Origin: the human T2T-CHM13v2.0 reference genome, Homo sapiens | DNA length: 64,000 nucleotides | Direction: 5' to 3' (one strand) | NCBI RefSeq assembly: GCF_009914755.1 | Contig: NC_060926.1 | Shown: positions 49,369 through 62,684 of the stretch, in pieces | Layout: each line of letters opens with the position of its first letter | Position numbering within the stretch: position 1 is the first letter of the stretch | Program-made: the position numbers and the translations under genes | Notes under the pieces: generated by a model | What the model was told of the DNA's origin: nothing | Database searches by the model: none | Seen by the model: only the letters and a program-made list of their open reading frames with translations

Positions 49369-49884
49369 TGAGCTGGTGCTGGGGGTGAGAGGAGCTCAGC
49401 GATCAACCTGGCCCAGCCCTCTCTGAGTGACAGGCAGGATGGGTGGCCCGGGCTGATGTCCACTGAGTACTTATCCAGTGCCAGGCTCTGTGCTGACCAT
49501 CTTACACATGTTATTTCTTTTAACTCTAAAATCACTATGAGAGTGGTGAGATTTCAGAACTTCTTGTAATTTTCATCTTGCTTGAATTTTTTAAAATAGT
49601 AAGTATATTTCATTCAAAAGTACTGGTCAGTAGTCTAAAAGATAGCAAGATCTAGGTGTTGCTATTCCCATTTTCACATAAGGAAACAAAAGCTTGGAGA
49701 AGTTAGGGGACTTGCTCCAGGTCACACAGCCAGTAGATATTGGAGTCAGGAGTAGAACCCAGCTCTGACCAACTCTAGGTTTGACCTTCCATAATACCCA
49801 ACCCCATGCCGATGAGGGGAGATGGGAACCAGAGGGACAGGCTTAAAAAAAATTTCAGACTACATTTGAAGGAAAACAAAAAAA

Positions 49885-50035
49885 TTCTTGCTACTCAAAG
49901 TTGAAGCATCAGTATTGCCTGGGAGCTTGTTAGAAATGCAGAATCCCAGCCCCCACCCCACATACTAAATCAGAACCTGAGTTTTAACAAGATTGCTGGT
50001 GTTGTGTGTGCACACTGAAGTTCCAAAAGCCTGAC
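49885..50035. mobile_element. MER5A-like
   Basis: gctactcaaag...cctgggagcttgttagaaatgcagaatc. Confidence 0.75.
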
Positions 50036-50817
50036 TCTGCATCCTCCTTCTCCCCAGCTCCAGCCTTGCGGCTAAGCCCTACCAGCAGCCGAGGGCATAG
50101 AGAGAAGCTCAGCTTCATCCCAAAGGAAACCTAAATTTAAGAATGATAACTTAATGCTTCCTGGGTTTCACCAGCTTTTAAAACTTGGCTCTAGGCCCTA
50201 GCAAAATTACAGAATGGGATATAAAACAGATCTGTGATCCTGGAGGAACTATTTGGTGGTTCATATTTGGAACCCATCCAAGTTCACCATGGGAAAAGAA
50301 ATCATTGATCACATTTTCTTTTTATGAAAAGTATTCAAAGTTTATTACAGCAAAGAATCTCATGAGATAACAGGAATTGATCCAAGGCTTGATAAAATGA
50401 TTATATAAGTGTAATGTTCTCCCTGTCACCCAATCTTGGGTGAAGGCTGCTTTGCAGCAGCTGAAGGCTCTGTCTCCAGCCTTCTCCTGGTCACAGTGGT
50501 TATTAGTGACTTTGAGAACATGAGGGTCATGCCACTGGAATTTATTCTTAGGGACATAATATGGCTACAGTTAATAGCAGATAGATTATTCTATAATCAG
50601 GCCCTATTAGAAGTGTATTAAGTTAGTTAATGGGAGCTTGGAGGCAAATGCCAGGCCAGACATATTCTTTCTGTTGGAGCCAGGCTAGGAAAACTTGCCG
50701 TAATAAACCCCACAAGCAGCGTGGACTAAGTAAGGACAGGGTTATGCAAGGGGTCCATCCCTGATGTCTGCAATAAGGTCACTGAGTAAGGGGTCTTTGC
50801 ACAGAATTTAAAAACAA

Positions 50818-51095
<278 letters not shown>

Positions 51096-52139
51096 AAAAG
51101 TCAATCTGTTTTTTGTTACCACCATGTACCAGCAATTCTAAACAACGTCAAGGATAAAATACTTCTCCTCACCCCAAAATCCATAAGGGTCTAAGTTCTG
51201 AAAAACTGCTCTTGGGTAAACCTCATTTTAGCACATTTTAAAATTACATATCTTTTAATAAACATTGTATTCTGCCTGGAAGTTAATTCTGAGGACCTTT
51301 GGTTATACAGTCAGCCATGTGGACTCAACTACATGTGTTCATTGTGAGGGTAAATTCTTAAGCTTCAGAGTTGTTCCAGGTTGTGTTGGCCACAGTCTAT
51401 GTCTCCAATCCTTGTGATACCACATATTCCCACATTTTTAAGTAGATTAGAAATAAGCAGTGATTATAAAGATGAAGACTCAAAATTTGTTGTTCTAAGT
51501 GTTCACCTAGGTGATTACCTAGGTGATCACCTGGAATTTTCATTTGTGTTTGAAATTTAAAACAATAAAACAGAGAATTGTGAAGTGTAATGTTTTTGTT
51601 TGGTAGGCACACATATTAGTGTATACATGAAATATGAATGTGTGAATATATGTATATGAATAAAAAGATGGAGGATATTGTACTAGGCTATTCTAAAATG
51701 TCAATTTGGGTGTAAAATATGAGAGCAGTTCTGGTGTGGGGTTGCTCTCTGATGGGCGACCTTGGAACAGACAGGCATGGAGTTACAAGTGGCAGGTTAC
51801 AAGGGACAGACAGCATGATTGTGCTTGCGTCTAACTGTTCCCTCTCCAGACCACCTCCTGGCTCTCCTCCCTTTCTCTCCTGCCTTGGGTTTGTATTCCT
51901 GGTCTGAGCCCTGATGCCCCAGAGGTGGACATCTGCTCTTCCTTCCTCGTTCCTAACCTAAGACATACTCTGAAATTTGCAGATGACTCAGAGGTTAGCA
52001 TACCAATATAAAAGATGACAGAAGAAAATTCAAAATGACCTTGATGTTTTGGAATGCTACCTTGAAAACCATCAGTTAGGGATAAAGGTGAAGACTCCAA
52101 GTTAAAAAATTCAGTGTCACAAAGGAGCTTTTGAGCTGA

Positions 52140-52577
<438 letters not shown>

Positions 52578-52687
52578 TAGAAAATGCAATTCTGTCTAGA
52601 CAAACAGAGTGGAAACTCTGTCTTGACTGCAGCACCTTTGAGAAAGCTTGGGAGGTTCTACTGACTATATTTGTAATTTGACCCTAA

Positions 52688-52989
52688 TTTTTTCTTTTTT
52701 TTTTTTTTGAGACAGAGTCTTGATCTGTCACCCAGGCTGGATTGCTGTGGCACGATCTTGGCTCACTGCAACCTCTGTCCCTGGGTTCAAGCGATTCTCC
52801 TGCTTCAGACTCCCGAGTAGCTGGGATTACAGGCATGTCCCACCATGCCCAACTAATTTCTGTATTTTTAGTAGAGACAGGGTTTTACCATGTTGGCCAG
52901 GCTGTTCTCAAACTTCTGACCTCAGGTGATCTGCGCACCTCGGCTTCCCACAGTGCTGGGATTACAGGTGTGAGCCACTGCACCCGGCC
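52688..52989 (-). mobile_element. Alu (S-type)
   Basis: TSD atttgaccctaa. Confidence 0.95.
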
Positions 52990-53772
52990 ATTTGACCCTA
53001 AATTAATGTGAGGTTTTCACTAAAGAAACTAATGGAAGCATAATGTGGAGATCCGGCAAGTGTACATGGCACCACATCTGAATAGCATACTCTGTTCTGG
53101 GCACCATAATTGTGAAGTGTTGACACCCAAGCTCTTACCTGTGTTTGGCCAGGAGACAAGATTTGGAGCCGTCTTGGAATCCAATTTACTTGGATTTTTC
53201 AGGAGTCCAGTTCCTGCTAATGGACTGCAAATTCCTGCCAGAAAATGCAATCCTGACTTGAGGCAGATGTAAGAAATTCATAGCTCTCTATCTCCAGGGG
53301 TTTAGAGAGTTCACTAAGTGGCCGGAGTTCCATGTGGGCCCCATGTGCTCTATTCTGCTGGGGCACTTATGACAAATGACCTTCTCAGGGAGGGTGCACC
53401 CTCTGTGGCCTAGTTATGATGGGCTGCATATCCTGCACAGTTCTAAGTATGCTAGTGTAATTCTACTCCTCGCTCACTAGGAAAGTTTAAGGGAAGGCAA
53501 GAGTAAGGAAGCTGTTACTATGAGGATAACCTTGAATCTGCTTATTAGAAATAAGCACTAAACTTTCACGCCCTCAAGTACTTTATGATTGTTAACAAAT
53601 TAGTAGCAATACACCTCCTAGTGGATGGGGACACAGCAGTGTGTTGAGCTGGCCAGCCAGAGGCTGAAAACTGCCTGGACTTTAGGAAGCCCAGGATGTA
53701 GCATAGAGCAGTAGCCCCTGCGGTGCCCTCAGCTGGCTCTGCACCTGTCTATCCCCTTCCAGATGCCATGCT

Positions 53773-53853
53773 GGGATCAGTGCTAGGGATCAGGCTCAAG
53801 GGTCAGGCCTGGCCTTTGGGCTGGTCCTTGAGCCTGACCCCCTGGCACTGGCC
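53773..53853 (-). ncRNA. MIR4780: pre-miR-4780 hairpin, antisense in SMYD1 intron 1 (mature about 53782-53803)
   Basis: Long GC-rich stem (cagtgctagggatcaggctcaagg pairs with ccttgagcctgaccccctggcactg); minus strand contains ACCCUUGAGCCUGAUCCCUAGC, recognised as miR-4780. Confidence 0.85.
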
Positions 53854-55055
53854 AGCACATTTTGCTTGATTTCTCAGCTAAACCCAACCTCCTTCGGCTA
53901 CAGGGATTTCTGTAGGTGTATCAGAGGCCACCAGAAAGGTGTGAGAATTCTAGAAACCATGTACAAAGAATTGTTTAAAGATCTGGGAGTATTTAACTTG
54001 GAGGAGAGAAATGAATGGGAAGCAAGGCAGTGGTCTTCAAATTCTTGAAGAACTGACCTGACCAGGCTTGTTCCATTGGGCAAGGACACAGAAGGCCAAA
54101 TTAGGGTACAGGAGCAGGTTTTCTGGGGAGACAAATTCAAGCTTAACACAAGGAGGAAGTTTGCAACAATTAGGACTGGCCAACAATGAACTGACTGTTC
54201 TCAGAAACAATGAACTCCTTTTCACTGTGGGAATTAGAATATTCATGGCCAGGGATAGACACAAAGGATTTCTGTGCCTGAATGTTCTGTGGAAGCTTCT
54301 CCCTCCAGGCTCTGGAATTCTGTGATTCTAAAAGCTCCTGTGTTCTTATACTTTGGAGATCCCTGTTTAGACTGTGGACATCTGCTTGAGTTTACCCATC
54401 CACTTCCTTCCCAGGAGCTCAGCGCTCCCCTGCACATCACGGAAATGGTTTTCATTATTTCTTTGCTTCAGAGGTGAGGATTTCTCTTCCCCACATTGTG
54501 GGAGCATGAGGTTGAGGTCCAGAGATTCTGTACATCATACCAGATTTCTCTCACTCTGGATGTCAGGCTGTGTCCTGAAATACATTTCCTATGGAGCCTA
54601 TGCCCTTTTCTGTTTGAACGATGGGTTTAACATGGGATACACGGGGCTCTCTAATGGGAACACTAAGAGGCTGGAAGCACCGGGCGGGGATCCTCATCTT
54701 CCCACACCTCTCTCCCTCACCCATCGAATGGGCATGCATTTTCCTCCTCATCACTTCCACCCTCGCTCTGAGCTGGGAGAATATGTCAATGACAGTGAAA
54801 TCAGTAATCTTGTCATTCTTACTGTTGCAAAATGCACAAACTGTGACATATATCATAGTGTGTAGATATTCTTTTGCATACAATACTGTGTTCTGAATAA
54901 CACTAGTTCACCACACTGCAAGTTCAATTGTTTCTCTAGTAATTTGTGGTATTCCCAGTGCCTAATACATTTAGGTCATCAATTTACCCTTCCTGAATTG
55001 AATTGAAGGGCTTATATGCAGAGGGTAAGAGTGTCCTTCACATGGGGGTCACTTA

Positions 55056-55376
<321 letters not shown>

Positions 55377-55569
55377 TTGCTAAAGTAATTGTTATAGCTG
55401 GGAAGGGCCTTTGGAGGCTCAAACTCCTCATTTTGGAAGGTGGAAATCTGAAGTTTAGATAAATAAGGACCAGCCAGCTGAACCAGTACTGGAACACAGG
55501 TGTCCCACTGGCTGCAGGGTGCCCTTTCCACTGTGCTCCCAATCATGTGTCTTCTTTCTCCATTTCCAG

Positions 55570-55746
55570 CCTTGTTAATTTTGTGTGCCACACCTGCTTC
55601 AAGAGGCAGGAGAAGCTCCATCGCTGTGGGCAGTGCAAGTTTGCCCATTACTGCGACCGCACCTGCCAGAAGGATGCTTGGCTGAACCACAAGAATGAAT
55701 GTTCGGCCATCAAGAGATATGGGAAGGTGCCCAATGAGAACATCAG
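55570..55746 (+). CDS. SMYD1: SMYD1 exon 2 (MYND zinc finger)
   Basis: ccatttccAG| then LVNFVCHTCFKRQEKLHRCGQCKFAHYCDRTCQKDAWLNHKNECSAIK...NI then AG|GTGAGA; 177 nt, phase 2-2. Confidence 0.98.
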
Positions 55747-56000
55747 GTGAGAGCTGGGCACCCTGGTGGTGCTTCAGATTTCCAAATGTCAGGCTGGAAT
55801 GGTGGCAGTAACAACATTCCCAGATCTAAGGAAGCCAAGCTGAGTGCAAGTCAGGAAACAGCCTCAAAGACTGGATATGGTCACTTCTCTTCACTCCCTT
55901 AAGGTCTAAGAGGGAGAACTGGCTGTTGACAGCAGTGATTCCAAACTGCAGTCACAGGCTGAAACTGGCTTGCAGATTCCTTCTGTAGGGCTCCCCAATG

Positions 56001-56303
56001 TTTAGTTTATTTAGGTATTTTGGATACAGGGTCTGCTCTGTTGCCCAGGTTGGAGTGGAGGGGCCCTGATCACAGCTCACTGCAGCCTTGACCTCCCAGG
56101 CTCAAGTGATCCTCCCACTTCAGCCTCTCAACTAGCTGAGACCACAGGCACACACCTCCACATCTGGCTAATTTTTGTATTTTTTTAGAGATGGGGTTTT
56201 ATCATGTTGCCCAGGGTAGCCTCGAACTCCTGAGCTCAAGCGATCCACCCGTCTCGGCCTCCCAAAGTGCTGGGATTACAACTGTGAGCCACCATGCCCG
56301 GAC
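56001..56303 (-). mobile_element. AluJ
   Basis: Reverse dimer. Confidence 0.9.
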
Positions 56304-57109
56304 AAGGGGCAAGTATTTTTAAATTGATCCACCAATGTTTAAAAATTGGGAAATTTCACATTTTAAAATTAGGATTTCTGACTTCTCTTGAAAAAAAAAA
56401 TAAACAAAAAACTGAAAATCTGGCAAAATAGGCTAGAGCTGAGTAGTATCTGCCACCTTTGAAAAAATACAGAGCGTTCTAAGTCACAGCAGCACCACTG
56501 CTCCCTGTGGTCATACACATTACACCAGAGAGTGCATTTGAGTTTGCAACTAATGGCCTTTCCTGGTGGCCATCATCAGAATCTCAAGGCCTATAGCTCC
56601 AGCCCAAGAGATTCCCAATCCTGGAGGTTCCGCTGGGGTGGGGCTCAGTGCTGGGCTGCAGGGAGATGCTCAGGAAGCCAGCACTGCAGAGCAAAGGAGA
56701 TGGAGATGGTGACTGGGAGCATTTTCACTGTGTGCATAGTGTGTGAAGTTAAGGCACAGAATGGAATTGTCATATCCTGATGATTTTTAGGAACCTGCAG
56801 GATGAAATGGCTCAGTCAACCTCTCCATGCCCCTTAGCTCCATCTATTGAAACACTACATATTCTTCAAGACCTGAAGTAAATGGCACCTCCTATGATAG
56901 TGACTGAGTTGAAATCTACCACCCATTGACCTCTATTCTCTGAGCTTCATGACCCTTTCCTCGGTATTTGGAGGCAGCAGATCTTCCCTGTGCTGAGTCG
57001 TATTTTCCCCAGTGCTGCCCTGGGCTCCCTGTGAAGACACCTCAGTTTCCAGGCACCTGGAGTCCCATGCGGGGCATTTCTCCAGAAATAACTCAGTGAC
57101 TCAAACAGG

Positions 57110-57538
57110 AGAAATCGGGAAGATGAAAAACGTTCTGGAAACAGATGGTTGGTGATGGTTGCACAGCAGTGTGAGTGTGCTTAATGCCACCAAACTGTAT
57201 GCTTAAAAATGGTTAAAATGGTTCAAAAAGAGGTGGGGGGACAGAAGGGACCCTGAGGTGATGGCACTGTTTAGTGTCTTGACTGTGTAGGTGGATACAT
57301 GAAGCTACATAGGTGATAGCATTGTATATAATTAAACACACATACACATTCATGAGTGTAAGTAAAACGGAAGAAATCTGAATGATACAGGTGGGTTAAT
57401 ATTCTGGCTGTGATATTAGTTCTCTAAAATATTACCATTGGAGAAAACTGGGCAAAATGTACAAGGGATCTCTTTGTATTGTTTTCCAACTGCCTGTGAA
57501 TCTGCAATTATCTCAATTAAAATTTCAATTAAAAAAAA
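57110..57538 (+). mobile_element. L1M 3'UTR fragments
   Basis: gatgaaaaacgttctggaa...ttaaaatggtt; actgcctgtgaatctgcaattatctcaa. Confidence 0.75.
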
Positions 57539-57939
57539 TGAGGAGAGGGCCTGTGCTTTGCCCAGCAGGTCTCTCCTCAGGGACAGGATCTGTCCTGGAC
57601 CACCATCCCCTCCCAGATGCCTGAAAAGTGTGCAGTCAGTGGGTGGCAGGAACATTAAAGTGTCCCTGGGTCATAAGCTTCATCACAGGCCACCTAATAG
57701 TTAACAAAGAGGGCTTCGGGGTGAAGTATACCCCTTTGTCTCATACTCAAGTCCCTGTGTCTCTATAGGTCTCCTCCTGTCCCACCTGGCCTCCTCCTCT
57801 TCCCCCAGAGCCCCGCTCCGGCCAGGCCAGGCCCCTCCCTGCTTCCTGCACGTGGCATGCCCGTGGCTGCCTCGAGGCCTCCGCTCACACTGTTTCCCGG
57901 CCTAGATTGCCTTCTCCACTTTCTCACTCCCCAATCATT

Positions 57940-58365
57940 AAGAATACCAATACTTATGATTGCCAAAAATAAAGTGGAATAAAACAAATCATGTTATGTT
58001 TTCAATCAACTTTCTATTAGTACCGATTTCAGAAATGAAATTTATTTTAGGAGATTACCCCTATCCTTATCTCTACCCATCCCTATCTTTTTTTTTTTTT
58101 ATTATACTTTAAGTTTTAGGGTACATGTGCACATTGTGCAGGTTAGTTACATATGTATACATGTGCCATGCTGGTGCGCTGCACCCACTAACTCGTCATC
58201 TAGCATTAGGTACATCTCCCAATGCTATCCCTCCCCCCTCCCCCCACCCCACCACAGTCCCCAAAATGCTTGCTTGTGGAGTTTTACTTTGCGAAAAAAT
58301 AAAAATAAATAAAGAGTACACTGTATAGCTTCCAAAAAAAAAAAAAAAAAAGAATACCAATACTT
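57940..58365 (+). mobile_element. L1PA2-type insertion: inverted L1 3' end plus transduced flank and poly-A, 16-bp TSD
   Basis: TSD aagaataccaatactt at 57940-57955 and 58350-58365; reverse L1 3'UTR at 58088-58263; AATAAA followed by poly-A from 58334. Confidence 0.9.
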
Positions 58366-58434
58366 TCACACACAATGCAGACACCTATTACTTCACTTTG
58401 TCTTCTGAATACCTCTGGAGGTTAGCATAGCAGG

Positions 58435-59080
58435 GACTATTTTCCCTATTTTACAAGCCACCAGATAGATTCAGAGAGGTCAAGTGACTTGCCCAGGCTC
58501 ACACAGTAAGAAGTGGAAACAGGTCATTAGACTCCTGATGCAGGGCTCATCCCAGTAGGCCACACTGTTGAGAGACCCAGGCTGCCGCACCTCTCTGTTT
58601 CCCCAGACCCCACGGAACCTGGCTCCTGCCCACACCTCCACCTTTATTTGGTCTCCATTTCTTGCTCCCTGTGCTCCAGCCACCTCTGCCTTCCTGCTAC
58701 TTCTCCATCATGCCAAGCTCATTCCTTCTTCAGGGCCTTTGTACTCACTGCCCTCTCCTGAAGTGCTCTTTCTCCAGTATCACAGAGCCAGCTCCTCCAC
58801 CCCTTCCAATTCCAGCTCAAATGTGCCTCCTCTGTGACACTTCCCTGGAAGACCTTAGCTTCCCCACCCCAGTCACTCTCTATCATGCCACCCTGTATTA
58901 TTTTTTCTGCATAGCACTTTCTATGTAAAATGTGCTTGTTTACTTACCTCTCCCCCACTATATGAAGCATCATGATAGAATAAATTCCATCCATCTAGTT
59001 TAAAAACGTATCTTGGGCCCAACATTGTGCCTGGCATGCATGAGACACCCAGTAAATGTGTGTTGAAGGAATGAATGCAG
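58435..59080. mobile_element. MIR followed by L2 3' fragments
   Basis: agagaggtcaagtgacttgccca; tgtgcctggcatg...gtaaatgtgtgttgaaggaatgaatg. Confidence 0.65.
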
Positions 59081-59114
59081 CTGTAGTGGCCTCCTGACGC
59101 TGCCCTTCCCACAG

Positions 59115-59328
59115 GCTGGCGGCGCGCATCATGTGGAGGGTGGAGAGAGAAGGCACCGGGCTCACGGAGGGCTGCCTGGTGTCCGTGGACGACTTGCAGA
59201 ACCACGTGGAGCACTTTGGGGAGGAGGAGCAGAAGGACCTGCGGGTGGACGTGGACACATTCTTGCAGTACTGGCCGCCGCAGAGCCAGCAGTTCAGCAT
59301 GCAGTACATCTCGCACATCTTCGGAGTG
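59115..59328 (+). CDS. SMYD1: SMYD1 exon 3 (I-SET region)
   Basis: cccacAG|G then LAARIMWRVEREG...SHIFGV then |GTAGGC; 214 nt, restores phase 0. Confidence 0.97.
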
Positions 59329-60284
59329 GTAGGCCCCCTGCGTCCCTTCTCCATCCTCCCTGTCTGTCTCCTCTTTCCTTCCCTCCTCCCACTTGGGGAG
59401 GGTGGGGCTTCTCAGAAGTGAACTAAGAGGCAGAAGCCCTGTCTGCCCTGGACCCTGATTTCTATTTCCATAAAGGTCTCATCTAGCCCAGGCAGCCAGA
59501 GGCGCTGGAGAAACCGCCTTCTATTTACCGCATGTAGCAGAAACATCTACTGCCCCTTCCATTTCTGAGCCCAGGGACAGGCCTCCAAATGACCCAACTA
59601 ATAAAATCCGGAGATTCTAGAGTATGATTCCTTATCAAGGAGGGGCCATGGTGACAGCTGGGATCGTCCAACTAAGAAGTTTCCAGAAACTGTCAGGCCA
59701 GAGTTGGGAGGGGAGGCCAAGAGGACTGAAGGAGGACAGGAGTTTGAAGTGAAGACCCCTCATCCTGGACTCTGTCTTCTGGCCTTGTTTACTGTGAGGC
59801 CATTCCTGCTGTATCTGAATTGGCATCCCACATACAAATTTTACTTATTTATCCATCTCTGGATGGTAGATTTGGATGGTAATTTATCCTCTTACTTATC
59901 TGCACTTTTTACATTTTTTTCCTCTCCACGTTGAAAATAAAGACCCCCAATCACTATCCCTTCCTGCCCACCAGTCACTTTGGAAACCTTTTTCCAGGTC
60001 TGCCAGGCAGGATTGATGTGAAGCCTGGAGCAGTGGGGGATGTGAGCCAGAGAGAGGGGAGTCAGGGTTTTGGGGTGGGAGCAACCAAGCCAGACGAGGC
60101 CATAAGAGTCCGGGAAGTGGGGGCGAGAACCCGGTGGATGAGGAGGCTCAGGTCCTGGCTGTGGGGATGGATGTGTTCCATCTGGTAGGCCAGGACCTTT
60201 ATGTGGTGAAGGTGAGCAGGCTGAGGACGGAGGAGGACAAACATCACACTGACATCTCTCCAGTCTTCACCATATTGGGGGGCA

Positions 60285-60648
60285 AAGGGAGAGAGATTGA
60301 TTGAGTCTAAGGATTTGGCTCACGCAATGGTGGAGGCTTGGTAAGTCCAAAATCTGCAAGGTAGGCCATCAGGCTGGAGATCAGGGAAGTGTTGCAGTTC
60401 AAGTCCGGAGGCATTCTGCTGGCAGAACTCCTTGCTCAGGGGAGATCAGTCTTTATTCTATTCAGGTCTTCAACTGATTAAATGAGGCCCACCCACATTC
60501 TAGCAGGCACTCTGCTTTACTCAAACTCCACCAATTTAAATGTGAATCTCATCCAAAAACACCTTCACAGAAGCATACATTATAGTATTTGACCAAATAT
60601 CTGGGCACCATTGACCAGCCATGTGGGCACACAAAATTAACCACCACA
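60285..60648 (-). mobile_element. MLT2 (ERVL) LTR
   Basis: aaggatttggctcacgcaat...aggcccacccacatt...aaaattaaccaccaca. Confidence 0.8.
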
Positions 60649-60838
60649 GCTTCCCATGTATTATTTTACACAATCTTTACAACACAAGGTAAGGTCCATG
60701 CTTTCAGTATTTCTATTTTATAGAACAGAAAACCTAGGCCCAGAGGGGTTACATGACCTCCAAAAGCCACATGGTCAGCTTGTGCCCAGGGAAAGTCTAG
60801 AAGCAGTCTGTATTTTCAGGAGCCAGAGCTTCTACCTG

Positions 60839-61144
<306 letters not shown>

Positions 61145-62264
61145 TAAGCTTTTACTTTTACCTGTTATGTTCTATAGCCTTGGGGTGAATTGGTGTGTTG
61201 AGTAATCTTCGGCATCCCTGATAGGTCTGGGGACTAGGGCTAGAGGTCATATAATTACCAAAGGTTAGAGCTGAAAAGATCCTTGGAGCTTATCTAGTCC
61301 AATTTATTCAACCTATAGATGGGAAAACCAGGGCTCAGAGAAGAAAGAAGTTTGCTCCAAGTAGTACAGCTTGTTAGTGGTACTCAGAGGCTTAACATCA
61401 TGAACTTACTAAATGTCTGATGAGAATAAATGGAGAAAGTGACACTCCTCCATATCTATGACAAATATCCATGTGAGGGCATAAATGTCTACTGAGTTTC
61501 TGTTATGTACAGCATGTATTCATAGATGTATTTATAGATGAAGTGGAAATCTGCATGCAGTTACTAATGTATTCTACGTTATATTTATTCTTATGTATTT
61601 TTCCTACTGTGAGAGCAGATATTTGGTGTCTGTTTCTGTAAAGAAAAATTTATTTTTAAGGAAAAGAAAATCACTTGGATGCCACATCAGTAGTAACCAA
61701 CTTGATTTGCCTTGAATCTCAGAGATAAGTGTTAAATATGGCACTCATCAGATTTAACAACTGTGAGCAGGGAATATAAAACTATGCACCAGATACAAAA
61801 TAATCAAAAGAGATGTCAATTTTTTTTTATGAACAGCTACAGGAGTTTAAACTGAGTAGGCAGAGGAAACAGGGGAAGGAAAAGCTCACACACACACACA
61901 CGCCCACGCGCACACAAAGCAGGGTACAGAGAGAAAAACCAAGACAGAGACTGAGGAATACTCATGTAAGACCCAGATACAGAAAAAGGAAAATATTTCC
62001 ACCTTTGACTCTTTTAGAATAGAGCCACAAAAAACTTTCAAGGTAGGGCTGCATTTTTGCAGGTATGGGACTGTTCCATGGCCCTAATCTTGTGTGTCAT
62101 CTGGAGTCACGCAGAGAACAGGAGACTAATTGTTCTGTGTCCAGACTCCCTAAGCATCTCCAGGGTGAGACTGGGTCTTCTGTTTTTTAAAACTCCTTTC
62201 AACAGCTAGGATGTTGTTCTGTCCATGTCTGTCGACTGACTCTTTCATCTTTTCCCCTGGGTAG

Positions 62265-62395
62265 ATTAACTGCAACGGTTTTACTCTCAGTGATCAGAGA
62301 GGCCTGCAGGCCGTGGGCGTAGGCATCTTCCCCAACCTGGGCCTGGTGAACCATGACTGTTGGCCCAACTGTACTGTCATATTTAACAATGGCAA
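62265..62395 (+). CDS. SMYD1: SMYD1 exon 4 (SET core with NHDC motif); gene continues past the window
   Basis: gtAG| then [43 protein letters not shown] then AA|GTGAGT; 131 nt; absent from the ORF track. Confidence 0.97.
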
Positions 62396-62684
62396 GTGAG
62401 TATGTCTTTATGTGGGGGTGTGTGTGAAGGGGATGGGGAGACCTATGGTGTTTTCTCCACTTGACTTAAGCCAAAGTCAACCTGCTAAACCTGAACTAGC
62501 ATAAATTTTAAATGTATAGCACATAGAAATCTCATTCCAGAATAATTGTGAATGAGAGAAAGGCATCATGGAGGATATCAAAGAATTCAACCTGGGTCAT
62601 TTCTGAATGTGTATGTTTCTTGGGGCTGCCTGGACAGGTTAGATAAACCTTTAACTACTATTTTAAAACTTGAAGCCTAGGATT

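Noticed and set aside
54374-54896. 163-aa and overlapping ORFs in intron 1
   Set aside because: No recognisable homology, codon bias or supporting gene structure.
58921-59426. Antisense and alternative-frame ORFs over SMYD1 exon 3
   Set aside because: Shadow ORFs of a GC3-rich coding exon.
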